A DNA stretch of 64,000 nucleotides, taken from Camelus ferus (Eukaryota). The translations under genes were made by a program, and so were the position numbers. Below are positions 39,901 through 54,311 of the stretch, piece after piece. The stretch spans positions 63,490,001 to 63,554,000 of the forward strand of contig NC_045707.1 of assembly GCF_009834535.1 (NCBI RefSeq), read 5' to 3'. Numbering within the stretch: the stretch's first letter is position 1; each line of letters starts with the position of its first letter. Under the pieces are notes generated by a model. The model did not search any database, was not told the origin of the DNA, and saw only the letters and a program-made list of their open reading frames with translations.

Positions 39901-40975
39901 ATTCATTTATTCATTCTTTCAGTCATTGAACGAATATTTACTGAGAACCCACCACTTGCCAAGCGCCCTATTAGGTTCTTAGTACCGTTTAATGACGAAA
40001 GCAGATAAAGACCATGCTCATATGGAGTTTTCATTGCACAGGGAGATGAGCAATAAAGAATAAACATAGTAAGTAAATTAAATGGTAGGTAAGGAGGTGA
40101 TAATAAAAAGTAGGGCAGGGTTAGGAGATGAGGAGATGCCACAGGGAGACTGGTACACGGTGCATCGCTCCTGGTAAGATGTGAACAAAGATTTAAAGGT
40201 AAGGAAGTTAGCCAAGGACACACCTGGTGGAAGAGCATTCCAAGCAGAGAAATTATGAGCACAAGGCTGTAGAGTGAGAGCATAGGTGACCAGTACAAGG
40301 GACAAGGAGACCTTCGACTGTGGCAGGGAGGGAATGGGTAGAGCAGTAGGGGATGAGGCCAGAGAGGGGAGGGGAGGGCAGATTGTGGACAGCCTTGCAG
40401 ACCTTTGTAAGGATGTCAGTTTTCAGAGAGATGAGTCCACCAGACAGCACTGTGACCTGACTTAACATTTTAAACTTCTCTCTAGCAAGTTCAGGCTTCT
40501 GAGAAAAGACCGTAGAGGACACTGCTAGAAATGGAGTAGGAGATGAATTCAGAGCAGGGAGGGTAGCAGCAGAAGCCACGACAAGCGGCTGCGTCCCGGA
40601 GAGTCTTTGTAGGCACAGGCAAGTGGATGTGGGGCTTGGGAGAGAGAAACGAGGATGACTTCAAAGGTTTTGGTTTTAGCACCTGGAGAGAGTGGCCATC
40701 AGTGAGATGGGGAAGTCTGTAGGTGAGCAAGTGTGAGGGGGAAGTTCAGGCTTTCCGTTCTGGATGTGTCACAGTTGGTGGAGATGTCTAATAAGCCAGT
40801 GGTTACATGGGTCTGGAGTCTGGGAGAAAGGTCTGTGTTAAAGATAAAAATTTAGGAGTCATCAGCAGATGGATGGTATTTAAAACCATTAGGCTGTCTG
40901 AGCCCGGCAGGGGAGGAGGGGAGAAAACAAAGCAGAACAAGGTCTGATCCAACATTAAAAGCCCAGGGAAATAAG
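39901..40975 (-). mobile_element. L2 LINE relic
   Basis: Antisense L2 3' end 'attcatttattcattc...gaatatttactgag' followed by a purine-rich L2 body. Confidence 0.85.
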
Positions 40976-40986
40976 AAAAAAAAAAA

Positions 40987-41018
40987 AAGAAGAAGAAGAA
41001 GAAGAAGAAGAAGAAGAA
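40987..41018. repeat. (AAG)n microsatellite following an A-run
   Basis: Direct observation. Confidence 0.95.
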
Positions 41019-41049
41019 CCGAGGATAAGAGATCTGTGATGTAGAAGAG

Positions 41050-41220
41050 AAACATCATAACATTTAATCCACGCAGTAACCCAGGTACTATTATTACTCC
41101 CACTTTACAGGTGAGAACATTGAGACTTAGCAAAGTTATGCTGCCCAGGGTCACACAGCTCTATCATCTCGATTTGACTCAGGTTTGTCTGATTCCATCA
41201 TCTGGAATGCTAAGCTGCTA
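41050..41220 (-). mobile_element. MIR SINE
   Basis: 'tactattattactcccactttacaggtgagaacattgagacttag...gcccagggtcacacagct'. Confidence 0.85.
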
Positions 41221-42199
41221 CCTACCTGACCTTCAAGGCATGTCTCTCCCTTAAAAATATTGCTTTCTTTATATATCTCTCAAATGCTCACTCTCCCACA
41301 GTACATGAACTTCAAGGCTAAAATATTTGGATATCACTCTCCATTCTCTCACTGTTTCTTGCAGAACTTTGCTCTTTCCATCTTCAGTTTTGTTTTTGTT
41401 TTTTTTAATGTGCCTTTGCTTCTTCAAGACATGTTTGATTTCCCTATAGCCCCTTTTAGCCTTTCTTGCTAATATCATCTATGGACTTCCCCATCACTTC
41501 TCAAGATCCAACCCTGGAAGATGAGATAATTCAGTATCAGTGTGGGTGATTATCCAACAGCTCCTTTTCCGCTGCTCGGATGTGACTCCCCCTAAGCACG
41601 CAAGAGTCTGATACTCTGTTCTACAAACAGAGCCTCCCAGACTTCCACACAGCCCTCATTCCCACCAAATTTAGTGATCAGCTTTAAGCCTTCCAGTTCT
41701 TGACCCCCCAGTTTCCTTCTTCTCTTTTGGACACCCTCTTGACTTGTCTCAATTCCCTACTGAGCTGCAGCTTACCAGACAGCCCAGCCCTGGAGCTACC
41801 CTGCAGTGTGACCTCTTTTCCCCTCCTCCACCTCTGTGGCTAAGGACCGCTCAGGGAATCACACCACTGCACAGTTGGCTATAATGTTATGGTTTCCAAT
41901 CTCACGTGGACTTTCAGTGTTGCTGGGCAGTATTTTTTTATTCTTGTTTTTGTTCTATTTTCTCTCCCCTTCCCTGAGTGGCTATTCCAAGGCTTCATCA
42001 CTAATCAGTCCTCACCCACCCCACCCCCACTGCACACACCATTCCCTTCCAAATCAGAGAATCTTATCTCCTTCTTATTTCAAAGAGAAAACAGAAGCCA
42101 GCAGCCACAGACTCTGTACCCCTCAAAATTAATTCATCTGCCTCTCCTTTTTTTATCTTAGAGGAATAGATGTCACTTTTCTTACCTAAGACTAACCCT

Positions 42200-43539
42200 G
42201 CTGAAAGCTGGACAGCCACATGTAAATCAATGAAGTTAGAACACACCCTCATGCCACACACAAAAATTAACTCAGAATGGCTTAACGACTTAAACATAAG
42301 GCATGACACCATAAAACCCTAGAAGAAAACATAGGCAAAACATTCTCTGACATAAATCATACCAGTGTTCTCTTAGGTCAGTCTCCCAAGGCAATAGAAA
42401 TAAAAGCAAAAATAAACAAATAAGGACCTAATTAAACCTGTAAGCTTTTTCACAGCAAAGGAAACCATAAACAAAACAAAAAGACAACCTACAGACTGGG
42501 AGAAAATATTTGCAAATGATGCAGCCGACAAGGGCTTAATTTCCAGAATATACAAACAGCTCATACAACTCAGTAACAAAACAAACAAACAAACAAACAA
42601 CTAAATTTTTAAAAATGGGCAGAAGACCTAAACAGACATTTCTCCAAAGACATACAAATGGCCAATAGGCACACAAAAAATACTTAATTTCACTAATTAT
42701 CAGAGAAATGTCAAACAAAACTTCAATGAGGTATCACCTCGCACCAATCAGAATGGCCATCATTAAAAAGTCCACAAATGATAAATGCTGGAGAGGGTGT
42801 GGAGAAAAGGCAGCCCTCCTATACTGTTGTAGGAATGTAGTTTGGTGTAGCCATTATGGCAAACAGTATGGAGATTCCTTAAAACACTAAAAATAGACTC
42901 ACCATATAATCCAGCAATCCCACTCCTGGGCATATACCCAGAGGAAACCTTAATTCAAAAAGATACACGCACCCCAATGTTCAAAGCAGCACTATTTACA
43001 ACAGCCAAAACATGGAAACCTAAATGTCCATTGACACATGACTGGATAAAGAAGTTGTGGTATATTTATACAATGGAATACTAGTCAGCCATAAAAAGAA
43101 TAAAATAATGCCATTTGCAGCAACATGGATGGACCTGGAGATCATCACTCTAAGTGAAGCAAGTCAGAAAGAGAAATAGAAAGAAAAATACCTTATGATA
43201 TTACTTATCTGTGGAATCTAAAAAAAAAGACACAAATGAACTTATTTACAAAACAGAAACAGACTCATAGACACAGAAAACAAACTTACAGTTACTGGGG
43301 GAAAGGAAGTGAAAAGGGATAAGTGGGGAGTTCTAGATTTGCAGATAGTAACTATTATATATAAAATATATAAATAACAAGTTTCTACTGTATAGCAGCA
43401 GGAACTATACTCAATATCTTGTTGTAACCTATGATGAAAAGGAATGTGTGTTTATATAGATATGTATAACTGAATCACTTTGCTGTACACCAGATATTAA
43501 CACAATGTTGTAAATCAACTATATTTTAATTAAAAAAAC
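42200..43539 (+). mobile_element. Lineage L1, ~1.3 kb 5'-truncated, inserted in an L2 relic
   Basis: ORF2 C-terminal peptide ([25 protein letters not shown]) plus 3' UTR. TSD aagactaaccc at 42188-42198 and 43540-43550. Confidence 0.97.
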
Positions 43540-45082
43540 AAGACTAACCCCTCTACCTGCACTCTGGATCTCATCACCTCTTACCTCTTCCCCTCCGGCT
43601 CCTGTGCCTTCAGCCTCTCTCTCTCCCCTGGTTCCTACCTGCAGCAAATAAACCTACTCTGGTGTAACAAGACAAGCTAGTGCACAAGGACTCTTCTTCT
43701 GACATTCTTTGGATCAGGATTGCCTTCTTTCCTCTCCCTCCACTAGAAATTCTACTGTTCTTTACAAGCTTGGCTCAACAATTCCCTTGGTTCTATGATC
43801 ACCTCTAACTGGAACATATCTGAATTTCCACAGCATTCTGGGGGTACCATTCTTAGATCACCTATCCTATAATATAGTTGATGCTTCCTTTCTTTGTGTA
43901 TGTCTTTCTTTCAACAAATATTTTCATGTAGAAAAGCTTACCATGTCCTAGACACTCCTGTAAACACATTTTAAAATACTAACTCATTTAATAAAACCAA
44001 CAATTACAGTATTTGCTCAGTCAAATATCTGTATATACTTTGCTATATTACATTATGTTTTATCACATAATATCACATATATATCATATCATAGAAGTCC
44101 CTGGAGGCAAAATTCAGAGTGATGTATCTTGGCCTCTCTCTATTATGCTCTCTCAGACTGTGTGGGCACCTTGCCCATGATAGGCATTCAATGTTTTCCA
44201 AATGCAAAAGGCATGGAAATAATTTGGACATCATGTGATCTTTATACCAGTGCCAAAAACCCCATATCCTGCCTTGTTGTATAAAATGAAGACACATCTT
44301 ACATAGTCTTTTAGTTACAATGGAAAAAAATGTATATAGTCAGATTTACCTTTGAAAAATCTCTTAGAAAGTTGTCACACGGTTGAAGTCTTTCAAGTTA
44401 TCCTTCAGTAACTCTAGAAAACCTGGCGTTCCCTCCAGAGTCGCAAGAGATATGAATCTGTTTACTGAGTGCCAAGTAAGGTCATTGGTTTGCATCTTGT
44501 AAGAGTGATGTAACTTTAAATCCTAGAATTACTTTCAGCTGGTGAAATGTTCACACAATGAGAGGCAGGTGAAAACTGGACTCAACAGCCGGAACTACAG
44601 ATTTCTATTTCATCACCCACAATCACACACAACAGGTGCTTATCACATGTAATGGCAGGTACCCTCAAACTTGCCCACATTTCTCAGACTAACCATATTT
44701 CACTGAATCTCAACACATTTAACCATAAGACTCGTAATAAGAAAATGGAAATGCTGCTAATTAACTATGTCATGCCATCAACTCTAAGAAGACTCCCAGT
44801 GTTAGAAATGTTAAAAATCTTAGAATCAGTACAGTATTAACATTTTTTAAACCAAACTGTAAGATCCTTGAAAGCAACAAAATTAATTTCGTGTACCCTA
44901 CAGAGCCTTGCAGATGGAAGACAATAATGTTTTATTGGATCTAATCAAATATATGTAGAAGCTAGTTGAAATTTTCCCAGGGAGGTAGGGACCATTTCTC
45001 AATCGACGAAGAGTCATAATGAATCAGGATCTTACCATGTCACTAGAATAAAATAAGTTCCAAGGAAATTCCAATCAAGCAC

Positions 45083-45498
45083 TGTTAGGATGCACCGTCG
45101 GCCTGCCAACCTTACGATTATCAGCCGCAAGGCTGAAGAAAGAATCCAGAGACAGTGAGAGAGACATCAGTGGTTTATTGGACAGAGAAACTCACATGTC
45201 AGAAGCAAAGCCCTGGAGCAACACCCCACTGTGTCAGGCACATAGGACAGGGTAGCACTCTTCTCGGGGGCGAGAAGGAGGCTACCATCTATAAAGGGAA
45301 CTGACGTCAGGTTGGCTCATCAGTTACCAAGGAAACCAGCAGCTGGGGCAGGGGGTAAGCACGTAGGCAGTCACTGATTAAGCCCTATGATTAAGAGGAT
45401 TATCCAGTCGTGTGAGTAGGGTGCAGGTAAAGCAGGGACTGGTCAAGCAGGGTCGAGCGGAGCAAGAAAATAGCCGTCTTGAGTGGCCTAAGCATACA
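45083..45498 (-). mobile_element. ERV solo LTR with a 5-bp TSD
   Basis: TG...CA termini, TSD agcac (45078-45082 / 45499-45503), minus-strand AATAAA near 45174. Confidence 0.88.
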
Positions 45499-48400
45499 AG
45501 CACATAAGCAGATTCCTCTTTATTAGACCATAAAACCCAAAGCCTAAAGCATTTTGATCCCCAATATCTATTCCTAAACAAGTGCACTCCCATCAAGACA
45601 AATCCTAAAAACAGTCTGGAAAACAGGCAACAGGCTCCCTGAGAGCTGCAAGTAGAGCCAAGAAAGTGAGCAGTCAACCAAATTCGTCATCTTTCCTGTT
45701 CATGTACGAACTGCTGGGGCTGGGGGCATTTCTGCCTTTCTCCTTGGGTTTCGACTCTGCCCACAGGGGTAACTTCTGCTTCCACCACTGTCCACGCCCT
45801 TATTAGCTGAATTCCACCCCCACGCCATCCTCCAGAGCCCAGCTAAGGAATAAAATGATACAGCTGAGTCAGAGGCTGAGCCAGACCCTGGATCCACCGC
45901 ACACAGGACAAGATCACTGAAGTGAAGTCAGACACGTCAATTCCCAGTGTGTGGCTGGGTGAGTCAGACTGCGTCTGCCACGCAGGTCAGCTATCAGGTG
46001 AGAAGGAATTGGGGATCTGCTTTTAAGTTTCCCAACCTAGCTCTCAGACAGGACCATCAGGCAACTACTCAGATACTATTTTCCATTTAAATAGAGTCCT
46101 TAGTGTCTGTGCTCCCTCTTTTGGAAGCCCTAGGAAAGAAAATGATACATGATAGCTTCTAGCAACAACACTGCACTCCAAAACCTCCCAGTGAACCTCC
46201 TCCCCCCATCCCCACAGCTACCCCTATGCTTTTGGGCTGCCATGTGGTCCTAACCATCTGGGTCCACAGACACTTAATCTTGGTCCCCCAGCTCACTTCT
46301 TTGCCCCTCACACCCACATGCCATGCAAGGGAACACTGGGAACCATTCCCTAGGCTTGTTATAACACGGGAACAGCCTTGACCCTCATGCACAGAAAATA
46401 AGTGAGAAACGAGCCTCATGCATCTAAGCCATTTAATGACCTTGAAAGAAATTTGATAGATTGATAGATAGACATAAATTTTTGGTGAAACACGGATTTT
46501 TAAGATTTTTTTTAAAAAGAAGAAAACTTAGAGAACTATTCAGAAAGTTATGTCCTCATCTTCCGTGAGTAAAAATTTGTCAAATATTATTGTTCTAAGT
46601 CTTGTATTTTCTTGGCAGTTTTACTATATGTCATTCGCTCTACATCATCTGCTACGACAAAATTTAAACAGGTCATGTTACAGCAATTCATAGACATATG
46701 CAAAACTCCACTGTTCCTAGGATAATGGGTTTCCACATATAAAAAGGGCATGAATGACCATTAAATCCATTCCAAATATTCACAGATGAAGAAATGAAGG
46801 TGGAAGGATTATCTGTGCTGCATTTAGCGACTGATTAATATTTAATGCATCAACTACACTTTTGCTAAAGAGTCCCAGCCACAGAGCCTGACCAGAGTTA
46901 AGAAACAGAATGAGAAAGAGAATTTTCATTCTTTCACTATTTGTATGAGGGGAGGGTGTTTTGGGGAAGAATGAAAGAAAAGCATAGAATACAGACAAAT
47001 GGGATGCTAGCAGGGACTCTTGAAATACTGCCCAAAGAAACATTCCAGGAGATGGGGAGGTCCACATAGTTATTGTTTAATAAAACCAGCTTGCTATTTC
47101 AATACAAAAGCAAGAATGGCGGAAAAGTGAGGAAGCATCTCATTAAATCCACTCAAATTCCACTTTCAGGCCTCATCAGAATATCAAAGGAAACAGCACT
47201 TTTTTTCTTCATTTAGAAACTACCAGATACTCTTTTACAGTCATCCCAGTTCTATTCTGAAAAGTCTCTATATCTTCTCAGTGCAATTTATCAGATATGT
47301 ATCCATATTCTGCATCTTTACGTGCATACATCCAAATATGTATATAAATGTACAAACGACTGTTGCAATTTTGTGTTACAAAAACTGAATAGACTATGAA
47401 GCAAGTTTGAGTGTCTTTTTTCAAAGGCTGCTGTATTTCTATGGACAGCTACACAAAGAACATGAGCTTATCTTTCTGGGGGAAAAAAAAAAAGACGTTT
47501 TAATCCCTCAGGTACTCTCCTCTTAACAGAATCAACTTAATTTCATTTGACATTGTCCTTTCCAGAACCGCAAATTCAATGAACACAGCAGGTCCTGATC
47601 TTGGTTTTTAACAGATGGCCTCAACAATATGACAGTAATAGCATCTGACATGTGTTGTTTCAATGATCTCTTTTAGTCTTGGGAAAGTATGGAAGCGTTA
47701 GATCCCGTGTGTTCCTTCAGATTGTTATTTCTGGCACGCTCCTCTTGGCATATGTTATGATGAACCATTCATAACAAATTAAATTTTCATTAAGGTAAAA
47801 AAAAAAATCTTTACAATCCATAAGCCTACAATTTGTACTGGTTCCCAAGGTAACACATTCTGTGCAAAGGGGCCAGTTCTACAAATAATCGAGTATACGG
47901 CTGGTTTATATACATTTTTTTTTAAAGTATTAGCAGTTTTGCTAAAGGGGAGGGCAAATGGGAAAAGCTTAGAATCCCACAAATGGGAAAAAAAAAAAAA
48001 AAAAAAAGATGATCTGAGAGATTCGTGGCCTTGGTCGCAAAGTGCTTTTGCAGGGACACAAAAATCCTGGGATCCCAGGAAATACATCAGAAGAGGCTAA
48101 GCCACAGATAAGACACGAATGGCACCACATGGGCTGGCTATAAAGACCAGCTGGAGCAGGCGGAGGCCCTGTACCTTTAAGGTAGAGCTTCAGAGCTGAT
48201 TGTAGCTGTAATTAACAGCTTCCTCTAACTGTGCAGTAGAATTTTCCTGAAGGACTCTGTGGTTTTACTCACTGGCGGGTTTAGTAAAATGGGATTTCAG
48301 GCAGCGCACTGCTTTCAACTCAAAGTAGCTAAATCTAGTTAAAGCAGAAACATCAATGATTTTCAGTGAGTGTGCATCATAGAAATGTCTAGCATCGTAA

Positions 48401-50324
48401 ACCACTGCTGATTGCTTCTTTCAGAAGCAAGCTGCAACTTAAATGGGGACCAGAGGAGGCAAGAAAGCTAGCCCAGAAAGCTAGCTCTCTTCCTGAGCTG
48501 GCATTTAAATCCCATATAATTTTTTTTCTGATAATAATATACTCAAGCCTACTTAGTAAGTGGTAGACTACTTTATTTTCAGTATACGCTAGAAATACTG
48601 GCTACCATTTGGGAAAGGATTTGAATTGAATTCGCTACCTTGCCTCACCTTTAGCACAAGCTTCACTTGGGTGATATTTCAGAAACTGCATAAGACAGAA
48701 TCTCTTCCTACATGAGCTTGTGGCTAGAATGCATTTCATTAGACGCTTCTCAGTATTTTCTTTCTATTGAAAATTGGGTTCAACTATTCACAAAGAGAAT
48801 AGACAAACGTGTAAGCTGAAATCCAAAAGAGTATAAGAAAAAAAAACAAACAGGCTTCTTGTTGACTATCTTATTACAATGAGTATAAAAATATCACCTG
48901 TGCTTATGAAATAAACACCTTAGACTTTCCCAAGTAGTTTCATATAGGAAACTAAGGAGAAAAGAAAACTGAAAAAAAAAAAAAAAAAAAAAACAGGTGA
49001 ACACAATGAGAAACAGGAGCTTGGCCAGAGTTTTCTCTGCTCATCTGCTTACTGAAAAGAAGAGAAAAGAGGCCAAAGGAGCCGATTAAAAGTGGCAGAA
49101 ATAAGGCTTCTCTATTGCAGAGCAGCTGCAAAATATTTCTCTAGAGAGGGACGTTCCAAGGAGTGTATGAGCAGGAGATTCAATACTTTGGGGATGCTAT
49201 TAAAAAACTCGCAGAAATGAGGGTCTGTGAAAGCAAGAGGAGATGCGAGCATCTGAGGGAATCAAAACAAGCGCACACTTAGAAGCATCTGTGTCGGAAG
49301 GAGCAGCACGTCCTGGAACCAGCAGACTGAGCAGGGCTGGGAACGGAGTCCTGGGCTGGGAGCGTGTCCTGGAGACTAACTCTTCAGCCCTTAGGAGAGG
49401 TCAAACCTCTTTGGACAAGGTCCAAAACGAAACCCCCTTGGTCAAAGTCAGGTCTGCGGTAAATGGCTCTGTAGCAAATGTTCACTGCACTGAAAACTCC
49501 TATGTGAAAAATGGTATGTCCTAACCTCATGAGATTAATTTCGTATTAGGCGTTTTCACTGACAGAGCAAATCAACCATTAGTTTAAATAGAACAATAAT
49601 TTGTTCTTGAAGTAGATCTGGGGAAGAAACTCTAATTGGCCTTCTGAGATGTTGAAGCCTTAGTTAAATAAAATTGAGATAAAATATGTACTTTTTTTTC
49701 CAAAAGAACCAATTTTATAGGACATTTTAAGGAAAATCTCAATTTATAAAAGCAGGTTTTGAACAGACTCCCTTTTCTAACCACAGTGCAATAAAAGAAG
49801 TTGACAACAAAGCCAAAACCACTTACATATTTTAAAATATTCTCCTGAACAAGTTTGGATCAGAAAGCAAATAAAAAATATGATAGATTATTGAAGGAAA
49901 ACCACCAAAAAATAAGAATGTCCATCTTCACAGGGTCAAGTAGAGATGCTATCAATGGGAAAAGAAATAATAAGAAAACTAAGCATTCAATGTAAGAAAT
50001 TAGAGAAAGAGCTTATCCAAAATAGAGTTCTGATTCTACCTGGAACTTAATCCCCACCCCCTTCACCATCTCAGTGGGTGGCACTACCATCGACCCTGCT
50101 TCAGCCCCAAATCTATGTGGCATCCTCAGTTCTGCTTTTTCCTTGCTGCTTGTAATTCAAATTCTTCTACTTCCATTGCTACCTCCACATAGCAAGACCC
50201 ACCATCTCTCACTTGGACAAAAGCCATGACCTTCTTTTACTCCTGCCCACCTAGAAGCCACTCCACACAGTGGCCAGGAGGCTCTTTAGAAAAGTAAATT
50301 AGATTATATCACTGTTATTAAACC

Positions 50325-50435
50325 TATTATATATATATATACATACACACACATTTATAACTGAATTACTGTGCTGTACACCAGCCACTAACACAACATT
50401 GTAAATCAACTCTACTTCAATAAAAATTTTTAAAA
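50325..50435 (+). mobile_element. Short L1 3' terminus within an L2 relic
   Basis: 'gtgctgtacaccagccactaacacaacattgtaaatcaactctacttcaataaaaa'; possible TSD aaacctatt / aaaactatt. Confidence 0.8.
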
Positions 50436-50504
50436 ACTATTCAATAATGTTCCATTGCACGCTATCAAAGTCCAAATTTCTCACCAAGATCTTACCTCAA
50501 ACAC

Positions 50505-51000
50505 CATAGGCGGAAATCCGTGAACAGAATTTGATGCACAGACATGTTTTGTCTGCCCTAAAGAGTGCTTCCAAACATTTTTTAATTCATTATATTATTT
50601 GAAAAAGAGGATGTTGCACATTAAAAGTGAGAATTTCTGAATTTTCTTCAAATTTTGAAAAATATGTCTAAACTGGACCCAGGTTTCCACATGGTGAGTA
50701 ACAACTCCAGTTCCCACCACCCCATCATGTCCCCAGTCCCGAGTCTGGGTACCAGTAGTTCATCATCAAGCATGCACAGTCTCTTCGTCACGTAATAGTC
50801 ATGAATAGTTTTCTCTATGTATGTATATTTCACCACAAGAGAAAATGAAATGTGGACTGAGAGAACCACCTGTTTCTTATCCCTGGGGCATTTTGTTTGT
50901 TTATGACACCTGCTTCAAAACTGGATTGAAATGGAATGTCTGCATGTTTTTCAATCATACACCAATTGGACTCTTCCAAGTCCCCAGATGTTTAAGACCA
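50505..51000. mobile_element. Old hAT-Charlie-type DNA transposon relic
   Basis: 'gcacagacatgttttgtctgccc...ttgcacattaaaagtgagaatttctg'; a similar fragment lies at ~60575-60680. Confidence 0.4.
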
Positions 51001-51085
51001 TTCGGATATTTGACACCACATAGAAAAAGAAAACCTCCGTGATAAAAATTTTTACTTCTCAGCTCAGCCAATAAATGCCTAAGAC

Positions 51086-51220
51086 GAAGGAAGGAAGGAA
51101 GGAAGGAAGGAAGGAAGGAAGGAAGGAAGGAAGGAAGGGAGGAAGGGAGGAAGGGAAGAAGGAAGGAAGGAAGGAAGGAAGGAAGGAAGGAAGGAAGGAA
51201 GGAAGGAAGGAAGGAAGGAA
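51086..51220. repeat. (GGAA)n microsatellite
   Basis: About 135 bp polypurine run with a short interruption. Confidence 0.99.
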
Positions 51221-52249
51221 AGGAGGTGCATAGGCAGGAAGGGGGAGAAAGGATACAGCATGACATAGAGAACAAGAAAACTCAGGACTAATGCAAGGGT
51301 GCTTAACACAATATAACAATGCAGTGACATCTCTAGATATTATATACATACTGATGTGCATTCATTTCCATTCCTAAATGTAGCCACTGTGGGAGAAAAT
51401 GGTCTGTGACCTACAGATTTCAAGCTCTTGAAGGATGGGGTACATTGTATCCCTGACCCACCCGATCCTTTTGTGGCATCTTTCAAAGTCTCCCTAGACA
51501 CAAAGCAGAAAGAAATGGGAATAATAGTACATTGTCTTTAGATAAGGATTCTATGTGAAAGAGTGGAAAGAATCTTGCAACAAAAATTACACGTACTCTT
51601 TTGTCTCCACAAGGTAGGTAGACAAAAAGCTTTTATCTGTGATTCAGACAGAATGAATAAAGGTATTAAGCGACTCGTCCATGCTATGTTTCTGGCTAAA
51701 TTTCAGGTGACTCTCTGTAATTATTTCGCTTTTCAGGTGGCTTTGGAGATTTCTCCTCCCCTGTCCCAGCAGAGCGCTTCCATTGTCTCCCCCACTTCTG
51801 CCGCAGGGCTAATAGGTCTGTAATCGTTGGCTGCAAGGGTGTCATTAGCCTCTCCCCAGTCCATCAGCTCACCTCTCATCCAAAAAGAGCTTCAGAACAG
51901 TTGGCTAGAAGTTCCCAATTTAATTTTGTCCTTTTTTTTTTTTCTTTTTTCTTTACCTGCTCTGCTTTTCCTGTCCTAAGGCTGAACATGGAAAATCCAA
52001 CCAGAACCCGAAGATACAATTTGTTCCACTGAAGCATCCCTCTGTATTTGATGCCATCTGGGGCACAAGTCCAATTTTCAACAATCCTCAAATACAGGAA
52101 ACCAGTGCTTCCAGTGTAAATTATCAATCAACCCATGTTTTCAGCTCAAGTGAGATAGGAGAGGTATTGAAATTTAAATTCTCTGCTTTTCAATCAATCC
52201 ATGGAAACAAAATTATAGTCATTTCTGCCATATTGGAAATCGGAGAAGC

Positions 52250-52460
52250 CTACAAGTCAAGAGGGCTGAATTTTAGACCCCACTCTGCCGTAACTCGCTG
52301 TGTGATGAAGTGGAAATAGCACTGATGGTGCTGTCGGACACAGAAGTTACTTAACTTCTCTGACCCATGTGTGAAATAAAAGTAATACTATTTAATTCAC
52401 AGGGTGGTTACGAGGATCAGAGGGATTCGTTCATAAAAAGAAATTAACGGGTGGTGTTCA
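52250..52460 (+). mobile_element. MIR SINE
   Basis: 'ctctgccgtaactcgctgtgtga...aagttacttaacttctctga...cacagggtggttacgagga'. Confidence 0.65.
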
Positions 52461-54274
52461 ATAATACTAGTCGCCTTTCCTATGAAATGAAGGAGTTGAA
52501 CTTGGTGAGCTGTAAGATCCCTTCTGGTGCTAACATTTGATGTTTCTATTATTTTTTTCCTAGGTACTTATAAATTGTGTATCAGCCAAGTTCTCTCTCC
52601 TAGCCTTGAAATAGCTCCAGGCTCTGAGACTTAGGATCGAACCTCCACGTTGAATCCTCTTTTTCAGAACTGGATCGCCTCCTGATTTCCTGCCTTGTAC
52701 CATATTCCTCTGGGACTTTAATTGCATCTTTTCCCTCCCATCCCTCTCGTGACAGAGAGGCCACCCCCGAGCCCTATTACCACGGCATGCTCAGTGCTAC
52801 CTGCTAGAAGTCCTCCCGCGTTGACCACCTGCCTGCTTGGACACTGACTGCCTGCCTGCTGCCAGTTTGAGAGCCCTGAGCCACCAGCCAGGACATCTGT
52901 CCACAGACCACTGCCAGGCCTCCCAGATACCAGCTCCCCACCTGCCGACCTGCTCACAGTGCTCGCTGTGTGAAAGCCAGGCCTGTTCTCCCCTGCGCAG
53001 CTGAGCTAGCCCACCTGTGGGTCCTGCACTGTCAGCCAAAACCTGGACCAAACACGGACACAGACATGGACACGGATATTAACACAAGGATATAGTATTA
53101 CTTACTATTTTGGAAAAGAAGGCATGTTCTTTAGACATGTGAGATAAGCTGATCTCAATCTCTATCTTTAGTATAATTTGTAACCTCCTTTTTATTATCT
53201 AATGTGTTCATTAATTTGCATTTTTATGGAGGTAAGACATATATTCAGAAAAGTGCACAAAACACACGTGCATAGCTCAATGTATTATCACAAAGCACAC
53301 GTGCCCACATAACCAACTACCAGGTCGTGAAATAAAACACCAGCCCTCCAGAAGTCTCCCTCACGCCCCGTTCCCATCGCTGCTCTTCACTCCTCAACCA
53401 AGACAACTACTATCCCAACTTGTAACCCACAGGTCAGTTTTGCCTGTTTCTGAATTTCATATAAGCAGAATAAGACACTGCATAGTCTCCTGAGTCCGCC
53501 TTCTTTTGCTCAACTTTCTAAAATTAATCCATGTTTATCTGTGTGACTGTGGTTCATTCATTTTTATTTTTATTAAAAATTCCATTGTGCAGTAGGTACG
53601 AACCTACTGTATTTCATATATTCATTCTACTCCTAATGGTTATTTGGGGGTTTTTCCTGGCTTGAGCTGTAATTAACAATACGACTTTGAAGCTCCTTTG
53701 GCATGTCATTTACAGGCATGTCATTTACAGCACATGGGCTTGCTTGGGTTGCTGTTGGGACGATGCTCATTTATAGGGTATTCAGATCTTCAACTTTAGC
53801 TGACAAATACCAAACTGTTTTTCAAAGTGGCTGAACTAATGTGCACGCCTACCAGCAGCGTGTGAGGATTCCTGTCGCTCCATGTCATCACCGACCCTTG
53901 ATTTTTTTTTAAGTGCTTTGAATTTTAATATGAGTACCATTCTCTCCTGGTTGAATTTGTATTTCTCTGATTATTAATCGCGTTAAGCACCTTTCTACAT
54001 GTTCACTGCTCATTCACATGCCCTCCTTTCAATGTACCTGAGCAAGTCTCCTGCAAACACTTCTAACATTACCTCCCTGTTTGTTCTCTTTCTCTTCTTT
54101 ATAGGAATCCTTTACGTTCTCTGAACAAGACAGACGGTTTTCCATAGTGAAAATACCTTCTCCCTCTCTGTGCTTTCACTTTCCATCATCTCGCTAGTGT
54201 CTTTTGATGAACAAAAATTATTAATTTAATGTAGTCCAATTTATGATATTTCCCTTTTTAGTTGCGAATTTTAT

Positions 54275-54311
54275 ATCGCTTCTTGGCCTTTTGGCTAAGA
54301 TCAAGTGTAGT
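54275..54311 (+). pseudogene. RNU2 (pseudogene): U2 snRNA 5' fragment (about nt 1-37), 3'-truncated retropseudogene
   Basis: atcgcttcttggccttttggctaagatcaagtgtagt versus U2 ATCGCTTCTCGGCCTTTTGGCTAAGATCAAGTGTAGT: one C>T change at a CpG. Confidence 0.95.

Noticed and set aside
48100..48170. GATA site plus TATAAAG, promoter-like
   Set aside because: Short motifs expected by chance; no CpG island or downstream exon support.
50955..51361. Overlapping PSFL-repeat ORFs
   Set aside because: Translations of the (GGAA)n microsatellite.
52720..53090. C-rich unique segment after an acceptor-like site (gtgacag)
   Set aside because: No matching donor or recognisable reading frame.
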